A stretch of 64,000 nucleotides of DNA. Source: Azolla caroliniana (Eukaryota > Plantae > Polypodiophyta). Below the pieces are notes generated by a model. The model saw only the letters and a list, made by a program, of their open reading frames with translations. It made no database searches and was not told the origin of the DNA. The first letter of the stretch is position 1. Every line of letters begins with the position of its first letter. The DNA lies in the NCBI GenBank assembly GCA_043228905.1, contig JBHGNT010000045.1, forward strand, positions 124,001 to 188,000, read 5' to 3'. The position numbers and the translations under genes are program-made. Below, piece after piece: positions 37,301 to 52,300 of this stretch.

Positions 37301-40300
37301 AGCCCGTGAGTAAATTAAAATGGTCATACCTGGCTCCTGTGATATCGGATTTTTGTGTTCAAACATCCGAATCGAAGCTAACAACACTAGCTATGCTACA
37401 CAATTAAAAAATCAAGATTTTGAAACTCAGGTAGAGAGACATGAATAAAGTAGCAAAATTGAGGAGGGACTTGTGAAGAGCTAGTGAGTAAATTAAAATG
37501 GTCATACCTGGCTCCTCTGATATCGGATTTTTGTGTTAAAACATGCGAATCGAAGCTAACAACGCTAGCTATGCTACACAATTAAAATGGTCATACCTGG
37601 CTCCTGTGATATCAGATTTTTGTGTTCAAACATGCGAATGGAAGCTAACAACGCTAGCTATGCTACACAATTAAAAAATCAAGATTTTGAAACTCAGGTC
37701 GAGAGACATGAAGAAAGTAGCAAAATTCAGGAGGGACTTGAGAAGAGCCCGTGAGTAAATTAAAATGGTCATACCTGGCTCCTCTGATATCGGATTTTTG
37801 TGTTAAAACATGCGAATCGAACCTAACAACGCTAGCTACGCTACACAATTAAAAAATCAAGATTTTGAAACTCAGATCGAGAGACATGACGAAATTAGCA
37901 AAATTCAGGAGGGACTTGAGAAGAGCCCGTGAGTAAATTAAAATGGTCATACCTGGCTCCTGTGATATCGGATTTTTATGTTCAAACATCCGAATCGAAG
38001 CTAACAACGCTAGCTATGCTACACAATTAAAAAATCAAGATTTTGAAACTCAGGTAGAGAGACATGAAGAATTTAGCAAAATTGAGGAGGGACTTGTGAA
38101 GAGCCCGTGAGTAAATTAAAATGGTCATACCTGGCTCCTGTGATATCGGATTTTTGTGTTCAAACATGCTAGTCGAAGCTAACAACGCTAGCTGTGCTAC
38201 ACAATTAAAAAATTAAGATTTTTAAACTTAGGTCGAGAGACATGAAGAAATTAGCAAAATTGAGGAGGGACTTGAGAAGAGCTCGTGAGTAAATTAAAAT
38301 GGTCATACCTGGCTCCTGTGATATCGGATTTTTGTGTTCAAACATGCGAATCGAAGCTAACAACGCTAGCTATGCTACACAATTAAAAAATCAAGATTTT
38401 GAAACTCAGGTCGAGAGACATGACGAAATTAGCAAAATTGAGGAGGGACTTGAGAAGAGCCCGTGACTAAATTAAAATGGTCATACCTAGCTCCTCTGAT
38501 ATCGGATTTTTGTGTTAAAACATGCGAATCGAAGCTAACAAAGCTAGCTATGCTACACAATTAAAATGGTCATACCTAGCTCCTGTGATATCGGATATTT
38601 GTGTTCAAGCATGCGAATCGAAGCTAACAACGCTAGCTATGATATGAAATTAAAAAAGATTTCGAAACTCAGGTCGAGAGACATGACGAAATTAGCAAAA
38701 TTCAGGAGGGACTTGAGAAGAGCCCGTGAGTAAATTAAAATGGTCATACCTGGCTCCTGTGATATCGGATTTTTGTGTTCAAACATCCGAATCGAAGCTA
38801 ACAACGCTAGCTATGCTACACAATTAAAAAATCAAGATTTTGAAACTCAGGTTGAGAGACATGACGAAATTAGCAAAATTGAGGAGGGACTTGAGAAGAG
38901 CCCGTGAGTAAATTAAAATGGTCATACCTGGCTCCTGTGATATCGGATTTTTGTGTTCAAACATCCGAATCGAAGCTAACAACGCTAGCTATGCTACATA
39001 ATTAAAAAATCAAGATTTCGAAACTCAGGTAGAGAGACATGAAGAAATTAGCAAAATTGAGGAGGGACTTGAGAAGAGCCCGTGAGTAAATTAAAATGGT
39101 CATACCTGGCTCCTGTGATATCGGATTTTTGTGTTCAAACATCCGAATCGAAGCTAACAACGCTAGCTGTGTTACACAATTAAAAAATCAGGATTTTGAA
39201 ACTCAGGTAGAGAGACATGAAGAATTTAGCAAAATTGAGGAGGGACTTGTGAAGAGCCCGTGAGTAAATTAAAATGGTCATACCTGGCTCCTGTGATATC
39301 GGATTTTTGTGTTCAAACATGCGAGTCGAAGCTAACAACACTAGCTATGATATAGAACTAAAAATTCAGGAGGGACTTGAGAAGAGCCCGTGAGTAAATT
39401 AAAATGGTCATACCTGGCTCCTGTGATATCGGATTTTTATGTTCAAACATCCGAATCGAAGCTAACAACGCTAGCTATGCTACACAATTAAAAAATCAAG
39501 ATTTTGAAACTCAGGTAGAGAGACATGAAGAATTTAGCAAAATTGAGGAGGGACTTGTGAAGAGCCCGTGAGTAAATTAAAATGGTCATACCTGGCTCCT
39601 GTGATATCGGATTTTTGTGTTCAAACATGCGAGTCGAAGCTAACAACGCTAGCTGTGCTACACAATTAAAAAATTAAGATTTTTAAACATAGGTCGAGAG
39701 ACATGAAGAAATTAGCAAAATTGAGGAGGGACTTGAGAAGAGCCCGTGAGTAAATTAAAATGGTCATACCTGGCTCCTGTGATATCGGATTTTTGTGTTC
39801 AAACATCCGAATCGAAGCTAACAACGCTAGCTATGCTACACAATTAAAAAATCAAGATTTTGAAACTCAGGTAGACAGACATGAAGAAAGTAGCAAAATT
39901 GAGGAGGGACTTGATAAGAGCCCGTGAGTAAATTAAAATGGTCATACCTGGCTCCTCTGATATCGGATTTTTGTGTTAAAACATGCGAATCGAAGCTAAC
40001 AAAGCTAGCTATGCTACACAATTAAAATGGTCATACCTAGCTCCTGTGATATCGGATATTTGTGTTCAAGCATGCGAATCGAAGCTAACAACGCTAGCTA
40101 TGATATGAAATTAAAAAAGATTTCGAAACTCAGGTCGAGAGACATGACGAAATTAGCAAAATTCAGGAGGGACTTGAGAAGAGCCCGTGAGTAAATTAAA
40201 ATGGTCATACCTGGCTCCTGTGATATCGGATTTTTGTGTTCAAACATCCGAATCGAAGCTAACAACGCTAGCTATGCTACACAATTAAAAAATCAAGATT

Positions 40301-43300
40301 TTGAAACTCAGGTTGAGAGACATGACGAAATTAGCAAAATTGAGGAGGGACTTGAGAAGAGCCCGTGAGTAAATTAAAATGGTCATACCTGGCTCCTGTG
40401 ATATCGGATTTTTGTGTTCAAACATCCGAATCGAAGCTAACAACGCTAGCTATGCTACATAATTAAAAAATCAAGATTTCGAAACTCAGGTAGAGAGACA
40501 TGAAGAAATTAGCAAAATTGAGGAGGGACTTGAGAAGAGCCCGTGAGTAAATTAAAATGGTCATACCTGGCTCCTGTGATATCGGATTTTTGTGTTCAAA
40601 CATCCGAATCGAAGCTAACAACGCTAGCTGTGTTACACAATTAAAAAATCAGGATTTTGAAACTCAGGTAGAGAGACATGAAGAATTTAGCAAAATTGAG
40701 GAGGGACTTGTGAAGAGCCCGTGAGTAAATTAAAATGGTCATACCTGGCTCCTGTGATATCGGATTTTTGTGTTCAAACATGCGAGTCGAAGCTAACAAC
40801 ACTAGCTATGATATAGAACTAAAAATTCAGGAGGGACTTGAGAAGAGCCCGTGAGTAAATTAAAATGGTCATACCTGGCTCCTGTGATATCGGATTTTTA
40901 TGTTCAAACATCCGAATCGAAGCTAACAACGCTAGCTATGCTACACAATTAAAAAATCAAGATTTTGAAACTCAGGTAGAGAGACATGAAGAATTTAGCA
41001 AAATTGAGGAGGGACTTGTGAAGAGCCCGTGAGTAAATTAAAATGGTCATACCTGGCTCCTGTGATATCGGATTTTTGTGTTCAAACATGCGAGTCGAAG
41101 CTAACAACGCTAGCTGTGCTACACAATTAAAAAATTAAGATTTTTAAACATAGGTCGAGAGACATGAAGAAATTAGCAAAATTGAGGAGGGACTTGAGAA
41201 GAGCCCGTGAGTAAATTAAAATGGTCATACCTGGCTCCTGTGATATCGGATTTTTGTGTTCAAACATCCGAATCGAAGCTAACAACGCTAGCTATGCTAC
41301 ACAATTAAAAAATCAAGATTTTGAAACTCAGGTAGACAGACATGAAGAAAGTAGCAAAATTGAGGAGGGACTTGATAAGAGCCCGTGAGTAAATTAAAAT
41401 GGTCATACCTGGCTCCTCTGATATCGGATTTTTGTGTTGAAACATGCGAATCGAAGCTAACAACGCTAGCTATGCTACACAATTAAAATTGTCATACCTA
41501 GCTCCTGTGATATCGGATATTTGTGTTCAAGCATGCGAATCGAAGCTAACAACGCTAGCTATGATATGAAATTAAAAAAGATTTCGAAACTCAGGTCGAG
41601 AGACATGAAGAAATTAGCAAAATTGAGGAGGGACTTGAGAAGAGCCCGTGAGTAAATTAAAATGGTCATACCTGGCTCCTGTGATATCGGATTTTTGTGT
41701 TCAAACATCCGAATCGAAGCTAACAACGCTAGCTATGCTACACAATTAAAAAATCAAGATTTTGAAACTCAGGTTGAGAGACATGACGAAATTAGCAAAA
41801 TTGAGGAGGGACTTGAGAAGAGCCCGTGAGTAAATTAAAATGGTCATACCTGGCTCCTGTGATATCGGATTTTTGTGTTCAAACATCCGAATCGAAGCTA
41901 ACAACGCTAGCTATGCTACATATTTAAAAAATCAAGATGTCGAAACTCAGGTAGAGAGACATGAAGAAATTAGCAAAATTGAGGAGGGACTTGAGAAGAG
42001 CCCGTGAGTAAATTAAAATGGTCATACCTGGCTCCTGTGATATCGGATTTTTGTGTTCAAACATCCGAATCGAAGCTAACAACGCTAGCTGTGTTACACA
42101 ATTAAAAAATCAGGATTTTGAAACTCAGGTAGAGAGACATGAAGAATTTAGCAAAATTGAGGAGGGACTTGTGAAGAGCCCGTGAGTAAATTAAAATGGT
42201 CATACCTGGCTCCTGTGATATCGGATTTTTGTGTTCAAACATGCGAGTCGAAGCTAACAACGCTAGCTGTGCTACACAATTAAAAAATTAAGATTTCTAA
42301 ACTGAGGTCGAGAGACATGAAGAAATTAGCAAAATTGAGGAGGGACTTGAGAAGAGCCCGTGAGTAAATTAAAATGGTCATACCTGGCTCCTGTGATATC
42401 GGATTTTTGTGTTCAAACATCCGAATCGAAGCTAACAACGCTAGCTATGCTACACAATTAAAAAATCAAGATTTTGAAACTCAGGTAGACAGACATGAAG
42501 AAAGTAGCAAAATTGAGGAGGGACTTGAGAAGAGCCCGTGAGTAAATTAAAATGGTCATACCTGGGTCCTCTGATATCGGATTTCTGTGTTAAAACATGC
42601 GAATCGAAGCTAACAACGCTAGCTATGGTACACAATTAAAATGGTCATACCTGGCTCCTGTGATATCAGATTTTTGTGTTCAAACATGCGAATGGAAGCT
42701 AACAACGCTAGCTATGCTACACAATTAAAAAATCAAGATTTTGAAACTCAGGTCGAGAGACATGAAGAAAGTAGCAAAATTCAGGAGGGACTTGAGAAGA
42801 GCCCGTGAGTAAATTAAAATGGTCATACCTGGCTCCTCTGATATCGGATTTTTGTGTTAAAACATGCGAATCGAACCTAACAACGCTAGCTACGCTACAC
42901 AATTAAAAAATCAAGATTTTGAAACTCAGGTCGAGAGACATGACGAAATTAGCAAAATTCAGGAGGGACTTGAGAAGAGCCCGTGAGTAAATTAAAATGG
43001 TCATACCTGGCTCCTGTGATATCGGATTTTTATGTTCAAACATCCGAATCGAAGCTAACAACGCTAGCTATGCTACACAATTAAAAAATCAAGATTTTGA
43101 AACTCAGATCGAGAGACATGAAGAAAGTAGCAAAATTGAGGAGGGACTTGAGAAGAGCCCGTGAGTAAATTAAAATGGTCATACCTGGCTCCTCTGATAT
43201 CGGATTTTTGTGTTAAAACATGCGAATCGAAGCTAACAACGCTAGCTATGCTACACAATTAAAATGGTCATACCTGGCTCCTGTGATATCAGATTTTTGT

Positions 43301-46300
43301 GTTCAAACATGCGAATGGAAGCTAACAACGCTAGCTATGCTACACAATTAAAAAATCAAGATTTTGAAACTCAGGTCGAGAGACATGAAGAAAGTAGCAA
43401 AATTCAGGAGGGACTTGAGAAGAGCCCGTGAGTAAATTAAAATGGTCATACCTGGCTCCTCTGATATCGGATTTTTGTGTTAAAACATGCGAATCGAACC
43501 TAACAACGCTAGCTACGCTACACAATTAAAAAATCAAGATTTTGAAACTCAGGTCGAGAGACATGACGAAATTAGCAAAATTCAGGAGGGACTTGAGAAG
43601 AGCCCGTGAGTAAATTAAAATGGTCATACCTGGCTCCTGTGATATCGGATTTTTATGTTCAAACATCCGAATCGAAGCTCACAACGCTAGCTATGCTACA
43701 CAATTAAAAAATCAAGATTTTGAAACTCAGGTAGAGAGACATGAAGAATTTAGCAAAATTGAGGAGGGACTTGTGAAGAGCCCGTGAGTAAATTAAAATG
43801 GTCATACCTGGCTCCTGTGATATCGGATTTTTGTGTTCAAACATGCGAGTCGAAGCTAACAACGCTAGCTGTGCTACACAATTAAAAAATTAAGATTTTT
43901 AAACTTAGGTCGAGAGACATGAAGAAATTAGCAAAATTGAGGAGGGACTTGAGAAGAGCCCGTGAGTAAATTAAAATGGTCATACCTGGCTCCTGTGATA
44001 TCGGATTTTTGTGTTCAAACATCCGAATCGAAGCTAACAACGCTAGCTATGCTACACAATTAAAAAATCAAGATTTTGAAGCTCAGGTAGACAGACATGA
44101 AGAAAGTAGCAAAATGTAGAAGGGACTTGAGAAGAGCCCGTGAGTAAATTAAAATGGTCATACCTGGCTCCTCTGATATCGGATTTTTGTGTTAAAACAT
44201 GCGAATCGAACCTAACAACGCTAGCTATGCTACACAATTAAAATGGTCATACCTAGCTCCTGTGATATCGGATATTTGTGTTCAAGCATGCGAATCGAAG
44301 CTAACAACGCTAGCTATGATATGAAATTAAAAAAGATTTCGAAACTCAGGTCGAGAGACATGAAGAAATTAGCAAAATTGAGGAGGGACTTGAGAAGAGC
44401 CCGTGAGTAAATTAAAATGGTCATACCTGGCTCCTGTGATATCGGATTTTTGTGTTCAAACATCCGAATCGAAGCTAACAACGTTAGCTATGCTACACAA
44501 TTAAAAAATCAAGATTTTGAAACTCAGGTTGAGAGACATGACGAAATTAGCAAAATTGAGGAGGGACTTGAGAAGAGCCCGTGAGTAAATTAAAATGGTC
44601 ATACCTGGCTCCTGTGATATCGGATTTTTGTGTTCAAACATCCGAATCGAAGCTAACAACGCTAGCTATGCTACACAATTAAAAAATCAAGATTTTGAAA
44701 CTCAGGTAGACAGACATGAAGAAAGTAGCAAAATTGAGGAGGGACTTGAGAAGAGCCCGTGAGTAAATTAAAATGGTCATACCTGGCTCCTCTGCTATCG
44801 GATTTTTGTATTCAAACATCCGAATCGAAGCTAACAACGCTCGCTATGCTACACAATTAAAAAATCAAGATTTTGAAACTCAGGTCGAGAGACATGACGA
44901 AATTAGCAAAATTGAGGAGGGACTTGAGAAGAGCCCGTAAGTAAATTAAAATGGTCATACCTGGGTCCTCTGATATCGGATTTTTGTGTTCAAACATCCG
45001 AATCGAAGCTAACAACGCTAGCTATGTTACACAATTAAAAAATCAGGATTTTGAAACTCAGGTAGAGAGACATGAAGAATTTAGCAAAATTGAGGAGGGA
45101 CTTGTGAAGAGCCCGTGAGTAAATTAAAATGGTCATACCTGGCTCCTGTCATATCAGATTTTTGTGTTAAAACATGCGAATCGAAGCTAACAACGCTACC
45201 TGTGTTACACAATTAAAAAATCAAGATTTCGAAACTCAGGTCGAGAGACATGACGAAATTAGCAAAATTGAGGAGGGACTTGTGAAGAGCTAGTGAGTAA
45301 ATTAAAATGGTCATACCTGGTTCCTGTGATATCGGATTTTTGTGTTCAAACATCCGAATCGAAGCTAACAACGCTAGCTGTGTTACACAGTTAAAAAATC
45401 AAGATTTCGAATGTCAGGTAGAGAGACATGAAGAAATTAGCAAAATTGAGGAGGGACTTGAGAAGAGCCCGTGAGTAAATTAAAATGGTCATACCTGGCT
45501 CCTGTGATATCGGATTTTTGTGTTCAAACATCCGAATCGAAGCTAACAACGCTAGCTATGCTACACAATTAAAAAATCAAGATTTTGAAACTCAGGTAGA
45601 GAGACATGAAGAATTTAGCAAAATTGAGGAGGGACTTTTGAAGAGCCCGTGAGTAAATTAAAATGGTCATACCTGGCTCCTGTGATATCGGATTTTTATG
45701 TTCAAACATCCGAATCGAAGCTAACAACGCTAGCTATGCTACACAATTAAAAAATCAAGATTTTGAAACTCAGGTAGACAGACATGAAGAAAGTAGCAAA
45801 ATTGAGGAGGGACTTGAGAAGAGCCCGTGAGTAAATTAAAATGGTCATACCTGGCTCCTCTGATATCGGATTTTTGTGTTAAAACATGCGAATCGAAGCT
45901 AACAACGCTAGCTATGCTACACAATTAAAATGGTCATACCTGGCTCCTGTGATATCGGATTTTTATGTTCAAACATCCGAATCGAAGCTAACAACGCTAG
46001 CTATGCTACACAATTAAAAAATCAAGATTTTGAAACTCAGGTAGACAGACATGAAGAAAGTAGCAAAATTGAGGAGGGACTTGAGAAGAGCCCGTGAGTA
46101 AATTAAAATGGTCATACCTGGCTCCTCTGATATCGGATTTTTGTGTTAAAACATGCGAATCGAAGCTAACAACGCTAGCTATGCTACACAATTAAAATGG
46201 TCATACCTGGCTCCTGTGATATCAGATTTTTGTGTTCAAACATGCGAATCGAAGCTAACAACGCTAGCTATGCTACACAATTAAATAATCAAGATTTTGA

Positions 46301-49300
46301 AACTCAGGTAGACAGACATGAAGAAAGTAGCAAAATTGAGGAGGGACTTGAGAAGAGCCCGTGAGTAAATTAAAATGGTCATACCTGGCTCCTCTGATAT
46401 CGGATTTTTGTGTTAAAACATGCGAATCGAAGCTAACAACGCTAGCTATGCTACACAATTAAAATTTTCATACCTGGCTCCTGTGATATTAGATTTTTGT
46501 GTTCAAACATGCGAATGGAAGCTAACAACGCTAGCTATGCTACACAATTAAAAAATCAAGATTTCTAAACTGAGGTCGAGAGACATGAAGAAATTAGCAA
46601 AATTCAGGAGGGACTTGAGAAGAGCCCGTGAGTAAATTAAAATGGTCATACCTGGCTCCTGTGATATCGGATTTTTGTGTTCAAACATCCGAATCGAAGC
46701 TAACAACGCTAGCTATGCTACACAATTAAAAAATCAAGATTTTGAAACTCAGGTAGAGAGACATGAAGAATTTAGCAAAATTGAGGAGGGACTTGTGAAG
46801 AGCTAGTGAGTAAATTAAAATGGTCATACCTGGCTCCTGTGATATCGGATTTTTGTGTTCAAACATCCGAATCGAAGCTAACAACGCTAGCTGTGCTACA
46901 CAATTAAAAAATTAAGATTTCGAAACTCAGGTCGAGAGACATGACGAAATTAGCAAAATTGAGGAGGGACTTGTGAAGAGCTAGTGAGTAAATTAAAATG
47001 GTCATACCTGGCTCGTGTGATATCGGATTTTTGTGTTCAAACATCCGAATCGAAGCTAACAACGCTAGCTGTGTTACACAGTTAAAAAATCAAGATTTCG
47101 AATGTCAGGTAGAGAGACATGAAGAAATTAGCAAAATTGAGGAGGGACTTGAGAAGAGCCCGTGAGTAAATTAAAATGGTCATACCTGGTTCCTATGATA
47201 TCGGATTTTTGTGTTCAAACATCCGAATCGAAGCTAACAACACTAGCTATGCTACACAATTAAAAAATCAAGATTTTGAAACTCAGGTAGAGAGACATGT
47301 AGAAAGTAGCAAAATTGAGGAGGGACTTGAGAAGAGCCCGTCAGTAAATTAAAATGGTCATACCTAGCTCCTCTGATATTGGATTTTTGTGTTCAAACAT
47401 CCGAATCGAAGCTAACAACGCTAGCTATGCTAAACAATTAAAAAATCGAGATTTTGAAACTCAGGTCGAGAGACATGACGAAATTAGCAAAATTGAGGAG
47501 GGACTTGAGAAGAGTCCGTGAGTAAATTAAAATGGTCATACCTGGCTCCTCTGATATTGGATTTTTGTGTTCAAACATCCGAATCGAAGCTAACAACACT
47601 AGCTATGCTACACAATTAAAAAATCAAGATTTTGAAACTCAGGTAGAGAGACATGAATAAAGTAGCAAAATTGAGGAGGGACTTGAGAAGAGCCCGTGAG
47701 TAAATTAAAATGGTCATACCTGGCTCCGCTGATATCGGATTTTTGTGTTAAACATGCGAATCGAACCTAACAACGCTAGCTACGCTACACATTTAAAAAA
47801 TCAAGATTTTGAAACTCAGGTCGAGAGACATGACGAAATTAGCAAAATTCAGGAGGGACTTGAGAAGAGCCCGTGAGTAAATTAAAATGGTCATACCTGG
47901 CTCCTCTGATATCGGATTTTTGTGTTCAAACATCCGAATCGAAGCTAACAACGCTAGCTATGCTAAACAATTAAAAAATCGAGATTTTGAAACTCAGGTC
48001 GAGAGACATGACGAAATTAGCAAAATTGAGGAGGGACTTGAGAAGAGTCCGTGAGTAAATTAAAATGGTCATACCTGGCTCCTCTGATATTGGATTTTTG
48101 TGTTCAAACATCCGAATCGAAGCTAACAACACTAGCTATGCTACACAATTAAAAAATCAAGATTTTGAAACTCAGGTAGAGAGACATGAATAAAGTAGCA
48201 AAATTGAGGAGGGACATGAGAAGAGCCCGTGAGTAAATTAAAATGGTCATACCTGGCTCCGCTGATATCGGATTTTTGTGTTAAACATGCGAATCGAACC
48301 TAACAACGCTAGCTACGCTACACATTTAAAAAATCAAGATTTTGAAACTCAGGTCGAGAGACATGACGAAATTAGCAAAATTCAGGAGGGACTTGAGAAG
48401 AGCCCGTGAGTAAATTAAAATGGTCATACCTGGCTCCTCTGATATCGGATTTTTGTGTTCAAACATCCGAATCGAAGCTAACAATGCTCGCTATGCTACA
48501 CAATTAAAAAATCAATATTTTGAAACTCAGGTCGAGAGACATGACGAAATTAGCAAAATTGAGGAGGGACTTGAGAAGAGCCCGTAAGTAAATTAAAATG
48601 GTCATACCTGGGTCCTCTAATATCGGATTTTTGTGTTCAAACATGCGAGTCGAAGCTAACAACGCTAGCTACGCTACACATTTAAAAAATCAAGATTTTG
48701 AAACTCAGGTCGAGAGACATGACGAAATTAGCAAAATTGAGGAGGGACTTGAGAAGAGCCCGTGAGTAAATTAAAATGGTCATACCTAGCTCCTCTGATA
48801 TCGGATTTTTGTGTTAAAACATGCGAATCGAACCTAACAACGCTAGCTATGCTACACAATTAAAAAATCAAGATTTTGAAACTCAGGTAGAGAGACATGA
48901 AGAATTTAGCAAAATTGAGGAGGGACTTGTGAAGAGCCCGTGAGTAAATTAAAATGGTCATACCTGGCTCCTGTGATATCGGATTTTTGTGTTAAAACAT
49001 GCAAATCGAACCTAACAACGCTAGCTACGCTACACAATTAAAAAATCAAGATTTTGAAACTCAGGTCGAGAGACATGACGAAATTAGCAAAATTCAGGAG
49101 GGACTTGAGAAGAGCCCGTGAGTAAATTAAAATGGTCATACCTGGCTCCTGTGATATCGGATTTTTATGTTCAAACATCCGAATCGAAGCTAAGAACGCT
49201 AGCTATGTTACACAATTAAAAAATCAGGATTTTGAAACTCAGGTAGAGAGACATGAAGAATTTAGCAAAATTGAGGAGGGACTTGTGAAGAGCCCGTGAG

Positions 49301-52300
49301 TAAATTAAAATGGTCATACCTAGCCCCTGTGATATCGGATTTTTGTGTTCAAACATGCGAGTCGAAGCTAACAACGCTAGCTGTGCTACACAATTAAAAA
49401 ATTAAGATTTCTAAACTGAGGTCGAGAGACATGAAGAAATTAGCAAAATTGAGGAGGGACTTGAGAAGAGCCCGTGAGTAAATTAAAATGGTCATACCTG
49501 GCTCCTGTGATATCGGATTTTTGTGTTCAAACATCCGAATCGAAGCTAACAACGCTAGCTATGCTACACAATTAAAAAATCAAGATTTTGAAACTCAGGT
49601 AGAGAGACATGAAGAATTTAGCAAAATTGAGGAGGGACTTGAGAAGAGCCCGTGAGTAAATTAAAATGGTCATACCTGGCTCCTGTGATATCGGATTTTT
49701 GTGTTCAAACATGCGAGTCGAAGCTAACAACGCTAGCTGTGCTACACAATTAAAAAATTAAGATTTTTAAACTCAGGTCGAGAGACATGAAGAAATTAGC
49801 AAAATTGAGGAGGGACTTGAGAAGAGCCCGTGAGTAAATTAAAATGGTCATACCTGGCTCGTGTGATATCGGATTTTTGTGTTCAAACATCCGAATCGAA
49901 GCTAACAACGCTAGCTATGCTACACAATTAAATAATCAAGATTTTGAAACTCAGGTAGACAGACATGAAGAAAGTAGCAAAATTGAGGAGGGACTTGAGA
50001 AGAGCCCGTGAGTAAATTAAAATGGTCATACCTGGCTCCTCTGATATCGGATTTTTGTGTTAAAACATGCGAATCGAAGCTAACAACGCTAGCTATGCTA
50101 CACAATTAAAATTTTCATACCTGGCTCCTGTGATATTAGATTTTTGTGTTCAAACATGCGAATGGAAGCTAACAACGCTAGCTATGCTACACAATTAAAA
50201 AATCAAGATTTCTAAACTGAGGTCGAGAGACATGAAGAAATTAGCAAAATTGAGGAGGGACTTGAGAAGAGCCCGTGAGTAAATTAAAATGGTCATACCT
50301 GGCTCCTGTGATATCGGATTTTTGTGTTCAAACATCCGAATCGAAGCTAACAACGCTAGCTATGCTACACAATTAAAAAATCAAGATTTTGAAACTCATG
50401 TAGAGAGACATGAAGAATTTAGCAAAATTGAGGAGGGACTTGTGAAGAGCCCGTGAGTAAATTAAAATGGTCATACCTAGCCCCTGTGATATCGGATTTT
50501 TGTGTTCAAATATGCGAGTCGAAGCTAACAACGCTAGCTGTGCTACACAATTAAAAAATTAAGATTTTTAAACTCAGGTCGAGAGACATGAAGAAATTAG
50601 CAAAATTGAGGAGGGACTTGAGAAGAGCCCGTGAGTAAATTAAAATGGTCATACCTGGCTCCTGTGATATCGGATTTTTGTGTTCAAACATCCGAATCGA
50701 AGCTAACAACGCTAGCTATGCTACACAATTAAAAAATCAAGATTTTGAAACTCAGTTAGACAGACATGAAGAAAGTAGCAAAATTCAGGAGGGACTTGAG
50801 AAGAGCCCGTGAGTAAATTAAAATGGTCATACCTGGCTCCTCTGATATCGGATTTTTGTGTTAAAACATGCAAATCGAACCTAACAACGCTAGCTACGCT
50901 ACACAATTAAAAAATCAAGATTTTGAAACTCAGGTCGAGAGACATGACAAAATTAGCAAAATTCAGGAGGGACTTGAGAAGAGCCCGTGAGTAAATTAAA
51001 ATGGTCATACCTGGCTCCGCTGATATCGGATTTTTGTGTTCAAACATGCGAGTCGAAGCTAACAACGCTAGCTGTGCTACACAATTAAAAAATCAAGATT
51101 TTGAAACTCAGGTAGACAGACATGAAGAAAGTAGCAAAATTCAGGAGGGACTTGAGAAGAGCCCGTGAGTAAATTAAAATGGTCATACCTGGCTCCTCTG
51201 ATATCGGATTTTTGTGTTAAAACATGCAAATCGAACCTAACAACGCTAGCTACGCTACACAATTAAAAAATCAAGATTTTGAAACTCAGGTCGAGAGACA
51301 TGACGAAATTAGCAAAATTCAGGAGGGACTTGAGAAGAGCCCGTGAGTAAATTAAAATGGTCATACCTGGCTCCTGTGATATCGGATTTTTATGTTCAAA
51401 CATCCGAATCGAAGCTAACAACGCTAGCTATGTTACACAATTAAAAAATCAGGATTTTGAAACTCAGGTAGAGAGACATGAAGAATTTAGCAAAATTGAG
51501 GAGGGACTTGTGAAGAGCCCGTGAGTAAATTAAAATGGTCATACCTAGCCCCTGTGATATCGGATTTTTGTGTTCAAACATGCGAGTCGAAGCTAACAAC
51601 GCTAGCTGTGCTACACAATTAAAAAATTAAGATTTCTAAACTGAGGTCGAGAGACATGAAGAAATTAGCAAAATTGAGGAGGGACTTGAGAAGAGCCCGT
51701 GAGTAAATTAAAATGGTCATACCTGGCTCCTGTGATATCGGATTTTTGTGTTCAAACATCCGAATCGAAGCTAACAACGCTAGCTGTGCTACACAATTAA
51801 AAAATCAAGATTTTGAAACTCAGGTAGACAGACATGAAGAAAGTAGCAAAATTCACGAGGGACTTGAGAAGAGCCCGTGAGTAAATTAAAATGGTCATAC
51901 CTGGCTCCTCTGATATCGGATTTTTGTGTTAAAACATGCAAATCGAACCTAACAACGCTAGCTACGCTACACAATTAAAAAATCAAGATTTTGAAACTCA
52001 GGTCGAGAGACATGACGAAATTAGCAAAATTCAGGAGGGACTTGAGAAGAGCCCGTGAGTAAATTAAAATGGTCATACCTGGCTCCTGTGATATCGGATT
52101 TTTATGTTCAAACATCCGAATCGAAGCTAAGAACGCTAGCTATGTTACACAATTAAAAAATCAGGATTTTGAAACTCAGGTAGAGAGACATGAAGAATTT
52201 AGCAAAATTGAGGAGGGACTTGTGAAGAGCCCGTGAGTAAATTAAAATGGTCATACCTAGCCCCTGTGATATCGGATTTTTGTGTTCAAACATGCGAGTC

